From Octopus vulgaris (taxonomy: Eukaryota), in NCBI GenBank assembly GCA_951406725.2, contig OX597816.1, forward strand, positions 72,354,001 to 72,418,000: 64,000 bases of DNA. The letters run 5' to 3'. Positions 1 through 11,240 of the stretch are shown piece after piece. The notes under the pieces were generated by a model that worked only from the letters and a program-made list of their open reading frames with translations, was not told the origin of the DNA and searched no databases. Each line of letters begins with the position of its first letter. Positions within the stretch are counted from its first letter, which is position 1. The position numbers were made by a program, and so were the translations under genes.

Positions 1-10
1 ATATATATAC

Positions 11-1930
11 ACGACAGGCTTCTTTCAGTTTCCGTCTACCAAATCCACTCACAAGGCTTTGGTTGGCCGGAGGCCACAGTAGAAAACACTTGCCCAAGGT
101 GCCACGCAGTGGGACTGAACCCGGAACCATGTGGTTGGGAAGCAAGCTTCTTTATTTTATGAAATTGGCCATGAAGGCCGAACATAGAGGGGACAGCACA
201 AGGTGGTGTCAGATAATACAAAATGAACGGAAAGAATGAATTAATATAATGAAAAACGAAATGAAGCCGTTCCGGCCTCCACCTCCGAGCGTCTTCATTG
301 AACCTGTTAAAACATTTTTTTTAAAACACTAGTTTCTAAACATAATTATTAGCGACAGCTAATTATTATTCGAACGAAGGATGTTTATATTGTGCTTCTT
401 TAAAATATCATAAACACTTGCTTGCTTAGTAATTGAGCTGGTATCCCAGCATTCTTGACCCAGCATTCATAATTATAGTTTTCCTCAAAGTCCTTTAATC
501 TTGATATATATATGCTGGGTCTGCCACTACACAACGAAGGTACTCGGAGCATCCCTTTCACTCCTGATACGTCCACTTTTATGATACAGTTCCACGAGTC
601 TATTTCATTATACACTTCTTCATTGTCTCCCCTGTACATTATAACTTATTTTTACAAGGGCGAGGGTGGGGAGATTTGGGGCTCTTGTGTGCTTGTGTTT
701 ATGTCAGGTAAGGGATGGAGGGCCTGGTGTCTGTAGAGAGCGGTTGGGGTAAAGTGGGTCTGGGTGTGGGATGGGTCGTCCTTTACAGCGTGTGCTTTTT
801 TTCACTTCTCTTTTCCCCAGCTGTTTCCCATTCGTTGTCCAGCTCCTCTTCTTCGAAGCTGGTACTGGTCTTTATCTATAGTACCGCTTTACTCTCCTTT
901 TCCTCAACCTCCACAGTTAGTGGAGCACCAGCCACTTTCTCATTCTCTTGTCTCTCTTTAGCCTTCTCAGGTGGTGGAGAACAATCCACTCTAATGTGGC
1001 CTTTTGGGCCACATTTATAGCACCGCGGAATCCTCCCTTCCACTCTGACTTTCAGTGTTGCGTTTCCGACTGTAATTGTCTACCATATTTTCTAAATCTT
1101 TCACTGCAACTTGTACCACCGTATCAAGGCTTTGTTCGTGCCAGTTCCTGTGGGATGTTCTGGTGGCTTGGAGGACCACCACCTTTTCCTCCATGCTTAG
1201 CAGTATGGCAGCTACCAGCCAGGATACATCCACTTCTGGGGGTATCTCCTCCACCCTAACCCTGGGAGTACGTTTCCCAAGGTATACGGGTAGAAGAACC
1301 ACTTCAGCAGTTCTTAGTGGTGGTGTTGAGTGCAGCCTGGCAGTAGCTACCTCCCGAAACTGCACCTCCACTGTTCCAAATTTTCTCCCACTGGCGAGGT
1401 AGGTAATTCCTTGCCGGATTGGTTTAAGCGCCTTTTCCTCTTGAGCCGTTGACACGACTTAAATCTTCCTGGCTGCTGTCGAGTATGTTCTATAAATTGT
1501 AGTTTTCTTATTTTTCTGCTTTAACACTTCTTTGGGTGGCGGTAACACCTTCACTTCATTCCCCTCCCTTTTAATCATTCCCCTCCCTTTTAATCATTCC
1601 CTTGAACTTGCTCACATCCTCCAGCCTCACATCTTCGCTTCTTTTCTTTCGTCACCTTTGCATAATTCTTCGTCTCAATCGCTTCGTCTATCTTCTTCAA
1701 ACACTCCGCCATTTCTTCCTCAGACGACACAAAGTCTGAAAAAGGGCAGTTTACAAAGTCTAAAGCAGACAATTCAAACTTTCGCACCCGACGCCCCTCT
1801 ATTAAACAAGAGTAAAAACGCCACACCGCCAAGACAACCCCAAAACACGTGTTATACTCAAAATCCACAATCCAACTGACGAACGCTATACCGGAAGCAA
1901 GCTTCTTACCACACAGCCACTACTGCGCCT
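11..1930 (-). mobile_element. tRNA-derived SINE (family B) split into 11-152 and 1893-1930 by an insertion
   Basis: Matches intact copies at 2778-3178 and 33875-34273. The sequence stops after GGAAGCAAGCTTCTT (138-152) and resumes from the same 15-mer at 1893-1907. Confidence 0.85.
153..1892 (-). mobile_element. ORF1/gag-only non-autonomous retroposon (HAL1-like) with degenerate ORF1
   Basis: 15-bp TSD, A-rich 3' end, and broken minus-strand frames 1868-1590, 1455-1015 and 639-400. Contains a CCHC zinc knuckle C-YK-C-GPKG-H-IRVD-C at 981-1022. No RT or endonuclease motifs between the TSDs. Confidence 0.7.
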
Positions 1931-2777
1931 ATAGAATAAAAAATTGAAAACTTTATTGTTGTTCGGGCGCAAGAACATAGGTATGGACATGTTTCGATTG
2001 TATTAAGCTTCATTAGCTTGACATAATTAATATTTCGATCACTTGATAGCTTGCCTCCAAACCTCAGCTTTTCCTCGTAAACATGTAAATTAATTGAAAA
2101 AAAAAGATTAATTCTTAATTTTTGAAATTATCTCCTCTTCTCTTTGAGAGCCGATAACAATTATTACCGCAAAGCTGTTTTTATCTTCCTCAAATTTACA
2201 GTTTTTTTTCTGTATGACATTCCTTAATTATATCACCAACGTATTTACTCAAATTCATGTCATTGGTCCATATCAGTTATTTCCCTTATCTTATTTTTAA
2301 TTATAATAAATTGATTCTTTACATTAGCAAAGCAAAAGGAATTAATCATTTCTTTGTGATTGGTTCCGCATTTGTATTTGGCCCATTAATTCCCACTTTT
2401 CATATTAATTGATTATTAATCAATATTGATATGTTTCCCTTTTGATATCTGTATTGCAAATGGAGTCTCAATTACGCTGGTAATTTAAAATATCTCTCGT
2501 TACAGCCGGAAACGGCATTAGAACACCGGAAGAAGTCCCATTACATCGCTCTGGCCGGAATTGGCATTCGAAATTTTCTCACGATTCGAGGCGAACGGCA
2601 TCGCTAAAAGATTTTCTTGCCTCCAAATACAAACTCTACGCAATATATTGCGTGCACCTTAATTTTCATTTGCTCACTTAAATGTGCGTGTAAAAGTGTG
2701 TGTGTGTGAGTGAGTGTGTGTGTATGTGTGTTTACATGTATACACACGCACACATATGTGTTTTATTCTTTTCTTTT

Positions 2778-3178
2778 TTCTTTTATTTGTTTCAGTCATT
2801 TGACGGCAGCCATGCTGGAGCACCGCCTTTAGTCAAGCAAATCGACCCCAGGACTTATTCTTTGTAAGCCTAGTACTTATTCTATCGGTCTCTCTTGCCG
2901 AACCGCTAAGTTACGGGGATGTAAACACACCAGCATCGGTTGTCAAGCGATGTTGGGGGGACAAACACAGACACACAAACATATACAAACACACACATAT
3001 ATATATATACATATATACGACGGGCTTCTTTCAGTTTCCGTCTACCAAATCCACTGACAAGGCTGGTCGGGCCGAGGCTATAGTAGAAGACACTTGCCCA
3101 AGGTGCCATGCAGTGGGACTGAACCCGGAACCGTGTGGTTGGTAAGCAGGCTACTTACCACACAGCCACTCCTGCGGC
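2778..3178 (-). mobile_element. SINE family B, near full-length
   Basis: tRNA-like head (TGGCTGTGTGGTAAG ... GGTTCAGTCCC), CCTTGGGCAAGT core-like motif, internal dinucleotide tract and conserved tail ...CAAATGACTGAAAC; many copies in the window. Confidence 0.9.
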
Positions 3179-3874
3179 TATATGTGTCTGTATCAATGTC
3201 ATTATTCAGTTTATTTCAAGATTTCTTGCCAATAGAGAAAGAACCGGTTTCTAACCTAGATCCAGGGCTCCTGCACTGGAATTTCAACATCAACAACAGG
3301 GTATCTTTTTATATGTATGCATATATACATGCATGTATCCATACATACGTATGTATGGATCTTAGTTAACTATGACGACCATTATTTAATGAGTACTATC
3401 TATTATAACAGAGTTTAATTATTCAATCGAAGAATTACTAAAACATTTGTGCGTATGCATCGATATATATATATATATATCTGTGTGTGTGTATGTTTAT
3501 ATGTTTATGTGTAAATTGATGTGTATACATGTGTGTAGATCTGTATACGTATGTGCATGTGTATGTGCGTGTTTGTATATTGTGTGTGTGTGAGAGAGAG
3601 AGAGAGATAGGGGAGGAGGAGAGAGTGACATGGGTTGATAGATAAATAAAGGAAAAGTAAATAGTAGAGTGGATAGTTTAGATTTATGAATAGAAGAATA
3701 AATGGATGTTTAGGTGAATGGAAGGCGAATATAAAGAAAGAGGGTAGCATTAGATGAGAAATGATGCTAAAAGATAGCAAGATGAAGTGTGTGTGTGTGT
3801 GTGTGTGTGTGTGTCGGTGGGGAATAACTGGAGAGAGAGAGAGAGAGAAGTATACAGGATGTAAGTTTGTACAT

Positions 3875-3937
<63 letters not shown>

Positions 3938-5015
3938 GTGTGTGTGTGTGTGTGTGTTTAAGCAAAGTGCGGAAGTGAAGAAGAATGATGTGGTGAGAGA
4001 GAAAGAGTGGCAGAGAAAGTGTGTGTGTGTGTATTTATTAGTGTTTTGGCGGCCACACACGGGTTTACGTGAGGGTGCATACAGATGAGTTGAACACGTG
4101 TGCTCTTAATGAGGTCGAAGGCGAAAGCAGTATCTGATATAGTCTGTTTACTATCGGATATCAACTCTCCTCTCTCGCTTCTTATTCCCCTCACTCTCTC
4201 TCTCTCTCTTTATTTTTACCTATACTGGATTTGATAGAGCAACGATGTCGGCAGTTATGTTAAAGAAATGACTGAGCAGACGATAAGACGAACAAACGAA
4301 CAACAGTAAGAACGACAACAGATTTTGAGCAAACAACACACTGAAAACATGGGTAGATGAATGGATGGTTTGGTGGATATAATATGGGGTAGATAGAAGG
4401 ATGGGTGTGAATGGAAGGTTAAAGAAAGATGAGAAGTAAACTGGATAAAAAGTGTGAAAGTAAAAATGGAAAGAAGGCAGACGGAAGATGGAAATATTGA
4501 AAGATAGTGGATTATTTCAGAGAGATAAGGAAAGGTGAATGATGGGAAGGAGTAAGTATTGAAAGATGGATGGAATGAAAAATTGAAGGAATAATGGAAG
4601 ATTAACACAAGGGAAAGGTGACGTGAAAAATAAAAGGACGTGTAGTGTTGGAAGGACGGATGAAAAGAGACATGGAAGGAAAGATGGAGTGATCGGTAGA
4701 GAGAGAGAGAATGGAATGGTCCGCGGAGAGAGGGAGAGAGAGCGAATGGAATAGCCTGTGGAGAGAGAGAGAGAGAGAGAGAGATGAAATCATCTGTGGT
4801 GAGAAAAAGAGAGAGATAGATGAAATGATCTGTGGAGAGAAAGAGAGAGAATGAAAGGAATGGGGGGAGAGGGGAAATGGAAGGACAGGTGGAAAAAGAG
4901 AGTGGGAAAGAGAGAGAGAAAGAGTGAGAATGGAAGGACTAGAGGAAAGAGAGGAAAGTGGCTATATAGAGAGGTCGACAGAAGGTTAGAAAGCAAAGTA
5001 ACGGAGAGAGAGAGA

Positions 5016-5058
<43 letters not shown>

Positions 5059-5775
5059 GATACATAGAAAGAAACAGAGGGAAAGTGGTCAAAATGAGAG
5101 CGGAAGAGAGAGACGTAAAAACTCAGAAAGAGAAACAGAGGTAAAAGACAAAACAAAAATAGGTCAGAGAGAGAGATAGAAAAAATGTAGGCGAGAGATA
5201 AAGAATGAAAGAGAGAGAGAGGGTAACTCGAAAGTAAAAGTTAGTGGGAAGATACTATAGAGGATGGGCGGGAATCATTAAAAACTCGACAAAACCATTT
5301 TTGTCCAACAACATTTAATACGAGAAGACCGTTTGACCAAGTTTAAGGGGAATGATTGTCCAACGTTAACCTTTTGTTAAATTTCTATCAGTCTCTGTCG
5401 CATTTACTCACATACAAGCAAATGGAAGAGTGTCTACGTTCTTACTTGAGCTGCTAGAAATAGCAGCCACGTTTTCTCCCTGTATCTGTCCAAATCGTCC
5501 TATATGTCCATACACTTTCTTTTTGGACTTTTTCAGACACTTATTTTATAAGTTCTGAGTAATATAAATCTTTCCTTTTGTAAGTCCCAAGTTATTCTGG
5601 TGGTCGAAAAAGAAATATAGGGAATGCTTATCATATATGTATGTCCTGTGAATCAATTATGAAATACAGAATAGGCAAAAGGTTAAATTACATACTGCTG
5701 TTTTGAAAATGGAAAAATATAAATGAATTATTTAGTACTTGATGCGCAATACTCGAGAAAAGGGTGGCTTTTAGT

Positions 5776-6340
5776 ACGAGGGCAGGCTGAAAAGTTCAAA
5801 GACAGACTATGATGCGAGAGCTGTGAAATCTTGCATGTATTAATTTCAATTCTTAGCGAAGGCGAGGTATTATTTACAGTCGCGTTTGTTTGCTTGTCCG
5901 TAGACAAGATATCTCAAGAACCGTTGAATGGATTCGAATGAAACTTTCAGGGATGTTTGGCCTTGTGACTAGTACGAACTGATTAGATTTGGGGATCAAT
6001 CCGATACCGGACAAGGATTCTGGATTATTTTTCCTGTTTTTTACTTAATTTTTGAGAGCGGTCGGTTTCATTTTTAGTATTCTCGTTTGTGAGAGCAGTC
6101 GAGTTTATTTAGACATTCTCATTTCAAAAATCGTTCTCTGGCTAACCGTTGAGAGAATGTTGTTGTTGTCTTGGCGGAGGTTTGCGATCTCGAAGTGTTC
6201 TTGTTAATAACCGATTGGTTTCTTTGCTGGTAAACTGACATCTGACTGTTCAAAGACTTCGTAAGTGATAATCGCGAAGCAGCTCGTTTTCTAAACGAAC
6301 TAAAGAGACTACGTGTCCATTGATTTTTGCGCCACTAATA
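5776..6340 (+). mobile_element. mariner-like 5' relic interrupted by a Helentron-type element
   Basis: TA-CGAGGGCAGGCTGAAAAGTT resembles a mariner TIR. Mariner-like leader sequence appears to resume after about 6205. Confidence 0.45.
5851..6205 (+). mobile_element. Helentron-associated non-autonomous element (HINE/DINE-1-like)
   Basis: GTTTGTTTGCTTGTCC microsatellite near the 5' end, GGATTCGAATGAAACTT core and 3' TTGGCGGAGGTTTGCG...GTGTTCTTGTT terminus; recognised by overall organisation only. Confidence 0.55.
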
Positions 6341-6410
6341 CTACCTCTGAGTCACAATTCCTGACAGAGATTTCTCAATTACTTTCCATTTATAATATAA
6401 TACAACCTTT

Positions 6411-7195
6411 AGGCGGCGAGCTGGCAGAAACGTTAGCACGCCGGGAGAAATGCTTAGCGGTATTTCGTCTGCCGTTACGTTCTGAGTTCAAATTCCGCCG
6501 AGGTCGACTTTGCCTTTCATCCTTTCAGGGTCGGCTAAATAAGTACCAGTTACGCACTGGGGTCGATGTAATCGACTTAATCCGTTTGTCTGTCCTTGTT
6601 TGTCCTCTCTGTGTTTATCCCCTTGTGAGAAGTAAAGAAATAGGTATTTCGTCTGCCGTTACGTTCTGAGTTCAAATTCCACCGAGGTCGACTTTGCCTT
6701 TCATCCTTTCGGGGTCAATAAATTAAGTACCAGTTACGCACTGGGGTCGATGTAATCGACTTAATCCGTTTGTCTGTCATTGTTTGTCCTCTCTGTGTTT
6801 AGCCCCTTGTGAGTAGTAAAGAAATAGACATTTCGCCTGCCGTTACGTTCTGAGTTCAAATTCCGCCGAGGTCGACTTTGCCTTTCATCCTTTCGGGTTC
6901 GATAAATTAAGTACCAGTTACGCACTGGGGTCGATGTAATCGACTTAATCCGTTTGTCTGTCCTTGTTTGTCCTGTCTGTGTTTAGCCCCTTGTGAATAG
7001 TAAAGAAATAGGTATTTCGTCTGCCGTTACGTTCTGAGTTCAAATTCCGCCGAGGTTGACTTTGCCTTTCATCCCTTCGGGGTCGATAAATTAAGTACCA
7101 GTCACGCACTGGGGTCGATGTAATCGACTTAATCTGTTTGTCTGTCCTTGTTTGTCCTCTCTGTGTTTAGCCCCTTGTGGGTAGTATAGAAATAA
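6411..7195 (+). mobile_element. SINE family A (Nin-domain-like), head plus four tandem ~184-bp body units
   Basis: One head GGCGGCGAGCTGGCAGAAACGTTAGCAC, then a unit containing GCCTTTCATCCTTTCGGGGTCGATAAATTAAGTACCAG repeated 4 times. Flanked by ATAATACAACC on both sides (putative TSD). Confidence 0.9.
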
Positions 7196-7214
7196 ATATA
7201 ATAATACAACCCTA

Positions 7215-7577
7215 AATAATAATACAACTGATAAGAAGATCTATATTGGAATATGTAAAGGTGAATTTATAAATCGCTATGCCAATCACATGGTCTCCTT
7301 CCAACATAGGGACAAAAATAAAGCTTCTAAGTCGACTAATTACGTATGGACTTTGAAAGATAACGAAACACCACATGTGATTAAATGAAAAGTAATTAAG
7401 AAATCAATACCTTATGTGAATGGATCAAATAAATGTAGACTGAGAAGAGCGCAGATCCTGTTCGGATCTAAAATCCCTAACTTTCTATTGAACTCCAGGT
7501 CAGAAATTTTCAGTGGTTGCATGCATATGTATAAATATATTTTGAAGAATTGGAAAATTCTGCCTATTTCTGACTGA
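7215..7577 (+). pseudogene. Penelope-like element GIY-YIG endonuclease C-terminal fragment
   Basis: Manual translation KKIYIGICKGEFINRYANHMVSF...NYVWTLKD...IK*KVIKKSIPYVNGSNKCRL...LLNSRSEIFSGCMH..KYIL shows the YIG/R..H/LLN.RSE..C.H pattern of PLE endonucleases. One in-frame stop at a Trp position. Confidence 0.85.
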
Positions 7578-7760
7578 TTTGATATCTTTCCAGCCTTATC
7601 ATTTAAGGTCTAACGAGGATAGCTCTTTTACCTTCTTACTTTTTATTTTTTACATTTTACTTCGTTTTTCTTTTTCCGTTGTTTACTGTCTGCGTTTCCT
7701 ATATGCAGCCTTCTCAGTTTTTCTTATTAAATTTCTTTAGTTCATTATGATATGTGGTTT

Positions 7761-7810
7761 GCGCTTGAAGAATATGATTGAGTTTTTTCAACATATGAAA
7801 CAATTAGCTC
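7761..7810 (+). ncRNA. degenerate type I hammerhead ribozyme in Penelope 3' region (pLTR)
   Basis: gcgc-TTGAAGA-ATATG..CATAT-GAAA-CAAT-TA-gctc; C3U variant, about 190 nt downstream of the GIY-YIG stop. Confidence 0.6.
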
Positions 7811-7905
7811 TTAAATACTTGTATTATGACCTTTCAATAAATAATATTTATCTGTCATCAGATGAAGTACTTTTATTGTTGAATTTAATTTTCTATGATG
7901 GATAA

Positions 7906-7936
<31 letters not shown>

Positions 7937-7949
7937 AATTTTATCGTTT

Positions 7950-8146
7950 GCTTCTTTCAATCATAAATTAGACGGCGGCCATACTGGAGCACCGCATTGA
8001 AATATTCTAGTTTCACGAATCGACCCAAGTACTTTATTTTTTAAGCCTTGTACTTATTTTATCGATATCTAATGCCGAACCGCGAAGTGACGGGAACATA
8101 AACGAACCAACACCAGTTGTCAAGCGGTGATGGTAGGGACAAAGAC

Positions 8147-8198
<52 letters not shown>

Positions 8199-8330
8199 GA
8201 CGCGTCTCTTTCAGGTCCGGCTACCAAATTCGCTCACGCGTCTTTGGTCGACCCGAGGCTATAATAGAAGACAGTTGCCCAAGGTGCCACAAGATAGGAC
8301 TGAACCCAGCACCATGTGGCTGGGAAGCAG
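7950..8330 (-). mobile_element. SINE family B, diverged
   Basis: Colinear similarity to 2778-3178. Confidence 0.8.
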
Positions 8331-9319
8331 ACTTTAGCGAGATAACGAGAAACACTTCGTACTACTTTTACTGCAAACTGCAAGTAATACAGAAGGGATG
8401 AAACTCACTAAATAACTTACGAAGGCTGACCGGTTAGGTTCACCTTATTGAAATTAAGATAATAATTAAAAAGAAAATCGCAGCATAGCTAGTAAGATAA
8501 TAGACTAGTTTACCCAAGTCTCTAAATTGATACCGCTCGCTCTGTACAAATGGACTGCTGCTAGTAATGTAACTCTTAAAATTTTACGAGATGCAGACAA
8601 TATACGCAGGAAAGCCAATGACGTGCTTTGGACAGCTTCTAAAATGTTATTTGTATTTGTAATTTTGACGGGACATGTTTGAGATGTATTTTTGTTTTGG
8701 TTTTCAAATTTTGCTTTTGTTAATTAATTTCGTAATCAAACACAACGAATTAGCATAACTCTTTTAAAATAAGATAAAGAAGAAATATCTTGTGGCATTC
8801 ATTCCGTCTCTTTGCGCTCTGTGTTCAAATCACGCCGAGGGCAGCTTTATCTGTCATCCTTCCTGAGGCGATAAAGTATGGATCACTTAGGTCGTTTTAT
8901 ATTCTCTTTCTCTCTCTCATATATATATATATATATACACACATACCTCTCTCACACACGGAATTCGCTACGATCTCTGTAGTAAGCGACTCAGTGTCTG
9001 CTATGTCAGAAAAAAATAGGAGGCTCCTCTAATGTAATTAAAAATATCCAGATAGCCAGAAAGAGCCACTCACGTTACAGATTATTAGTATGATATCGAT
9101 GCAAAATATACAAGCCAACCGTATTCAATATGTCATATGCTGGGTGAGCTACAGGTTATATGATAAGTAGAATCAGTTCGATACAGCAGAGCAACACTAA
9201 ATAGAAAAATCACATACCAATACAATTTCTTAAAGATATTAAATATTTGATAGGGGAAATCGTTACAACGCCTGCATTTTGTTGACTTTCTTACAATTTT
9301 ATTGACGAAAAGAATTTCA

Positions 9320-9630
9320 GCGGGCAGTCGGGGTTGTACGCTTGGATTGAATTCTTTGCACTAAAAGATCCCGTTTGTGTTGCGCTGTGCTAACTTGTGT
9401 GTCTCAATGACCCCGAGAGATGTCAGCGGAGTGCAAACTCCTAGTAGAGATTCCTATGCTGGACAGATCGAAGGATAGAGGCCAAATTAACATGGACCAC
9501 TTGTTATCAGAGGTAAAAATAGGTTTGCGCAGGGCCAACACCCCTACTTAGAAAAAAAAAAGTATGGGTGCATCGATGACAATTCAAAGCCAACAAGACC
9601 TAGGAGAGGGAGACCTTAAAGTCGTCAGTG
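9320..9630 (+). mobile_element. possible 5'UTR relic of an RTE-type LINE
   Basis: GC-richer island with motifs TGTGTGTCTCAATGACCCCGAGAG, AAACTCC, ATGCTGGACAG and GCGCAGGGCCAACACCCCTAC resembling RTE 5' leaders; recognised from memory only. Confidence 0.4.
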
Positions 9631-10769
9631 GGGCGAAGAGCTTAAGTAACTAAATTGAGTCGTTTAGTGACGATAGTTCTTGTTCTGAGTTCAAACTTCA
9701 CCGAGATCAACCATGTCTTTTTATCCTTTAAGACTCGAAAAGGTGTCCGTCTAGTATTAGGATCTATTAAATTGTGCTTGTCTTAAATAGTACAAAAGCT
9801 GTTCAAATAGTGACCAGATTTGTAAACAAAGAAACATTTACTTCTATCTTTTGTTTCCATCTATTAACTTTTTTGATGATATTATCAAAATAAGACGGTC
9901 GAATTGCAGGTATGGTAGAATGTCAGACTAAATACCGAATTGAGAATACTCGTGTTCTATGTACCGAGTGTGTATCTCATCCATGGAGGCCAGTTCTACT
10001 TTTTATGCTTTTAATATGGGCGGAGAGCTGGTAGAATCGTTAGCAAAATTCTTAGCGGCATTTCGTCCGTCTTTGCGTTCTGAGTACAAATTTCGCGAAG
10101 GTCAGCTTTGCGATTCATCCTTTCGAGGTCGATAAAATAAGTACCAGTTGAGTGCTGGGGTCGACATGACTAAAAACCTACTCCGAAATTGCAGGCCTTG
10201 TGCCAAAATTCTTTCATTGTGGTAAAATACGTTGTTAGCACACGACAGAGCCAAATTTTCTGAATCGATTTCATTCTTTCTCTTACAAATGTCAGGTCCT
10301 GTTCGAAGCTTAGAAATCAATATCATATTCAAAATATTTCTTCCGATTTATTTAATAATTTCTGATATAGGCTCAAGGACTGTAGCCTTATTTTTGGTGG
10401 GTGGTGTGGTTTGAACTCAGAACAAGAAGCAACACAATCGCTGACGTTAGAGCTTGGCTGGTATTTTATTTTATCGGCTCCGAAAGAATGTAAAGCAAAG
10501 TTGATTTCGCGCTATTTGAACACAAATCGAAAAAAGAGAAAAAAGAGAAAAACATCCGATTTATAGTGAAATCAGAATCGGTGAATGTTCAACTTACACC
10601 GACATTACTGTTACTCGCATCAGTTCTAAAATTCGCACGAAATCTAAAAGTCTCTAATTTGATGTTTATGTAAGAAACAAGTTAAATGAGATTTAAATCG
10701 ATGAATTACATAAAAAGAAATGTTTTCGCTATTATGTTAATTGTTCCCTTTTCATCAAAATTTCATCTT

Positions 10770-10972
10770 AATTTATGTTTTAAACACTAGCTTAATATTA
10801 ATTCATAATTATTTCCAAAATTAATTAAAACAAAGGCAGCGTGCTTCAACAAAAAATATGGTTTGTTACGATATTTCTGTTGAAATGCATTGTCTTTGTT
10901 ACAATTAATTTTGAGAATAAAGAATTTAGTAAAGTAACTGTCATTGTTTAAGCAAGTGTTTTGAACATAAAT
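10770..10972. repeat. imperfect fold-back formed by two MITE-like termini
   Basis: AATTTATGTTTTAAACACT...AATTAATTAAAACAAAGGCAG...TTCAACAAAAAATAT is reverse-complemented by ATATTTCTGTTGAAA...GTCTTTGTTACAATTAATT...AGTGTTTTGAACATAAATT. Confidence 0.65.
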
Positions 10973-10983
10973 TAAATTGGAGA

Positions 10984-11064
10984 GATGAAGTGGCCGGGTA
11001 GCTAAGGCGATGTACTGTTAATCCATTGTTTATCCAAGCGTGAGTTCGAATCTCACCTTCGGAA
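10984..11064 (+). pseudogene. tRNA-Ser(GCT)-type pseudogene whose anticodon reads GTT
   Basis: GATGAAG-TGGCCGGGTAGCTAAGGCG-ATGTA-CTGTTAA-TCCAT-long variable arm-GTGAG-TTCGAAT-CTCAC-CTTCGGA is colinear with eukaryotic tRNA-Ser(GCT). Mismatches in the acceptor and anticodon stems. Confidence 0.75.
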
Positions 11065-11076
11065 AGTTGCTTTATA

Positions 11077-11240
11077 GGCGTAGGAGTGGTTGTGTGGTAA
11101 GTAGCTTGCTTACGAACCACATGGTTCCAGGTTCAGTCCCACAGCATGGCACCTTGGGTAAGTGTCTTCTGCTATAGCCTCGGGCCGACCAAAACCTTGT
11201 GAGTGGATTTGGTAGACGGAAACTGAAAGAAGCCCGTCGC
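11077..11240 (+). mobile_element. SINE family B 5' half
   Basis: GGCGTAGGAGTGGTTGTGTGGTAAG...GAAAGAAGCCCGTCG. Confidence 0.9.

Noticed and set aside
6411-7195. CRISPR array
   Set aside because: Contiguous ~184-bp SINE units with no spacers, in a eukaryotic context.
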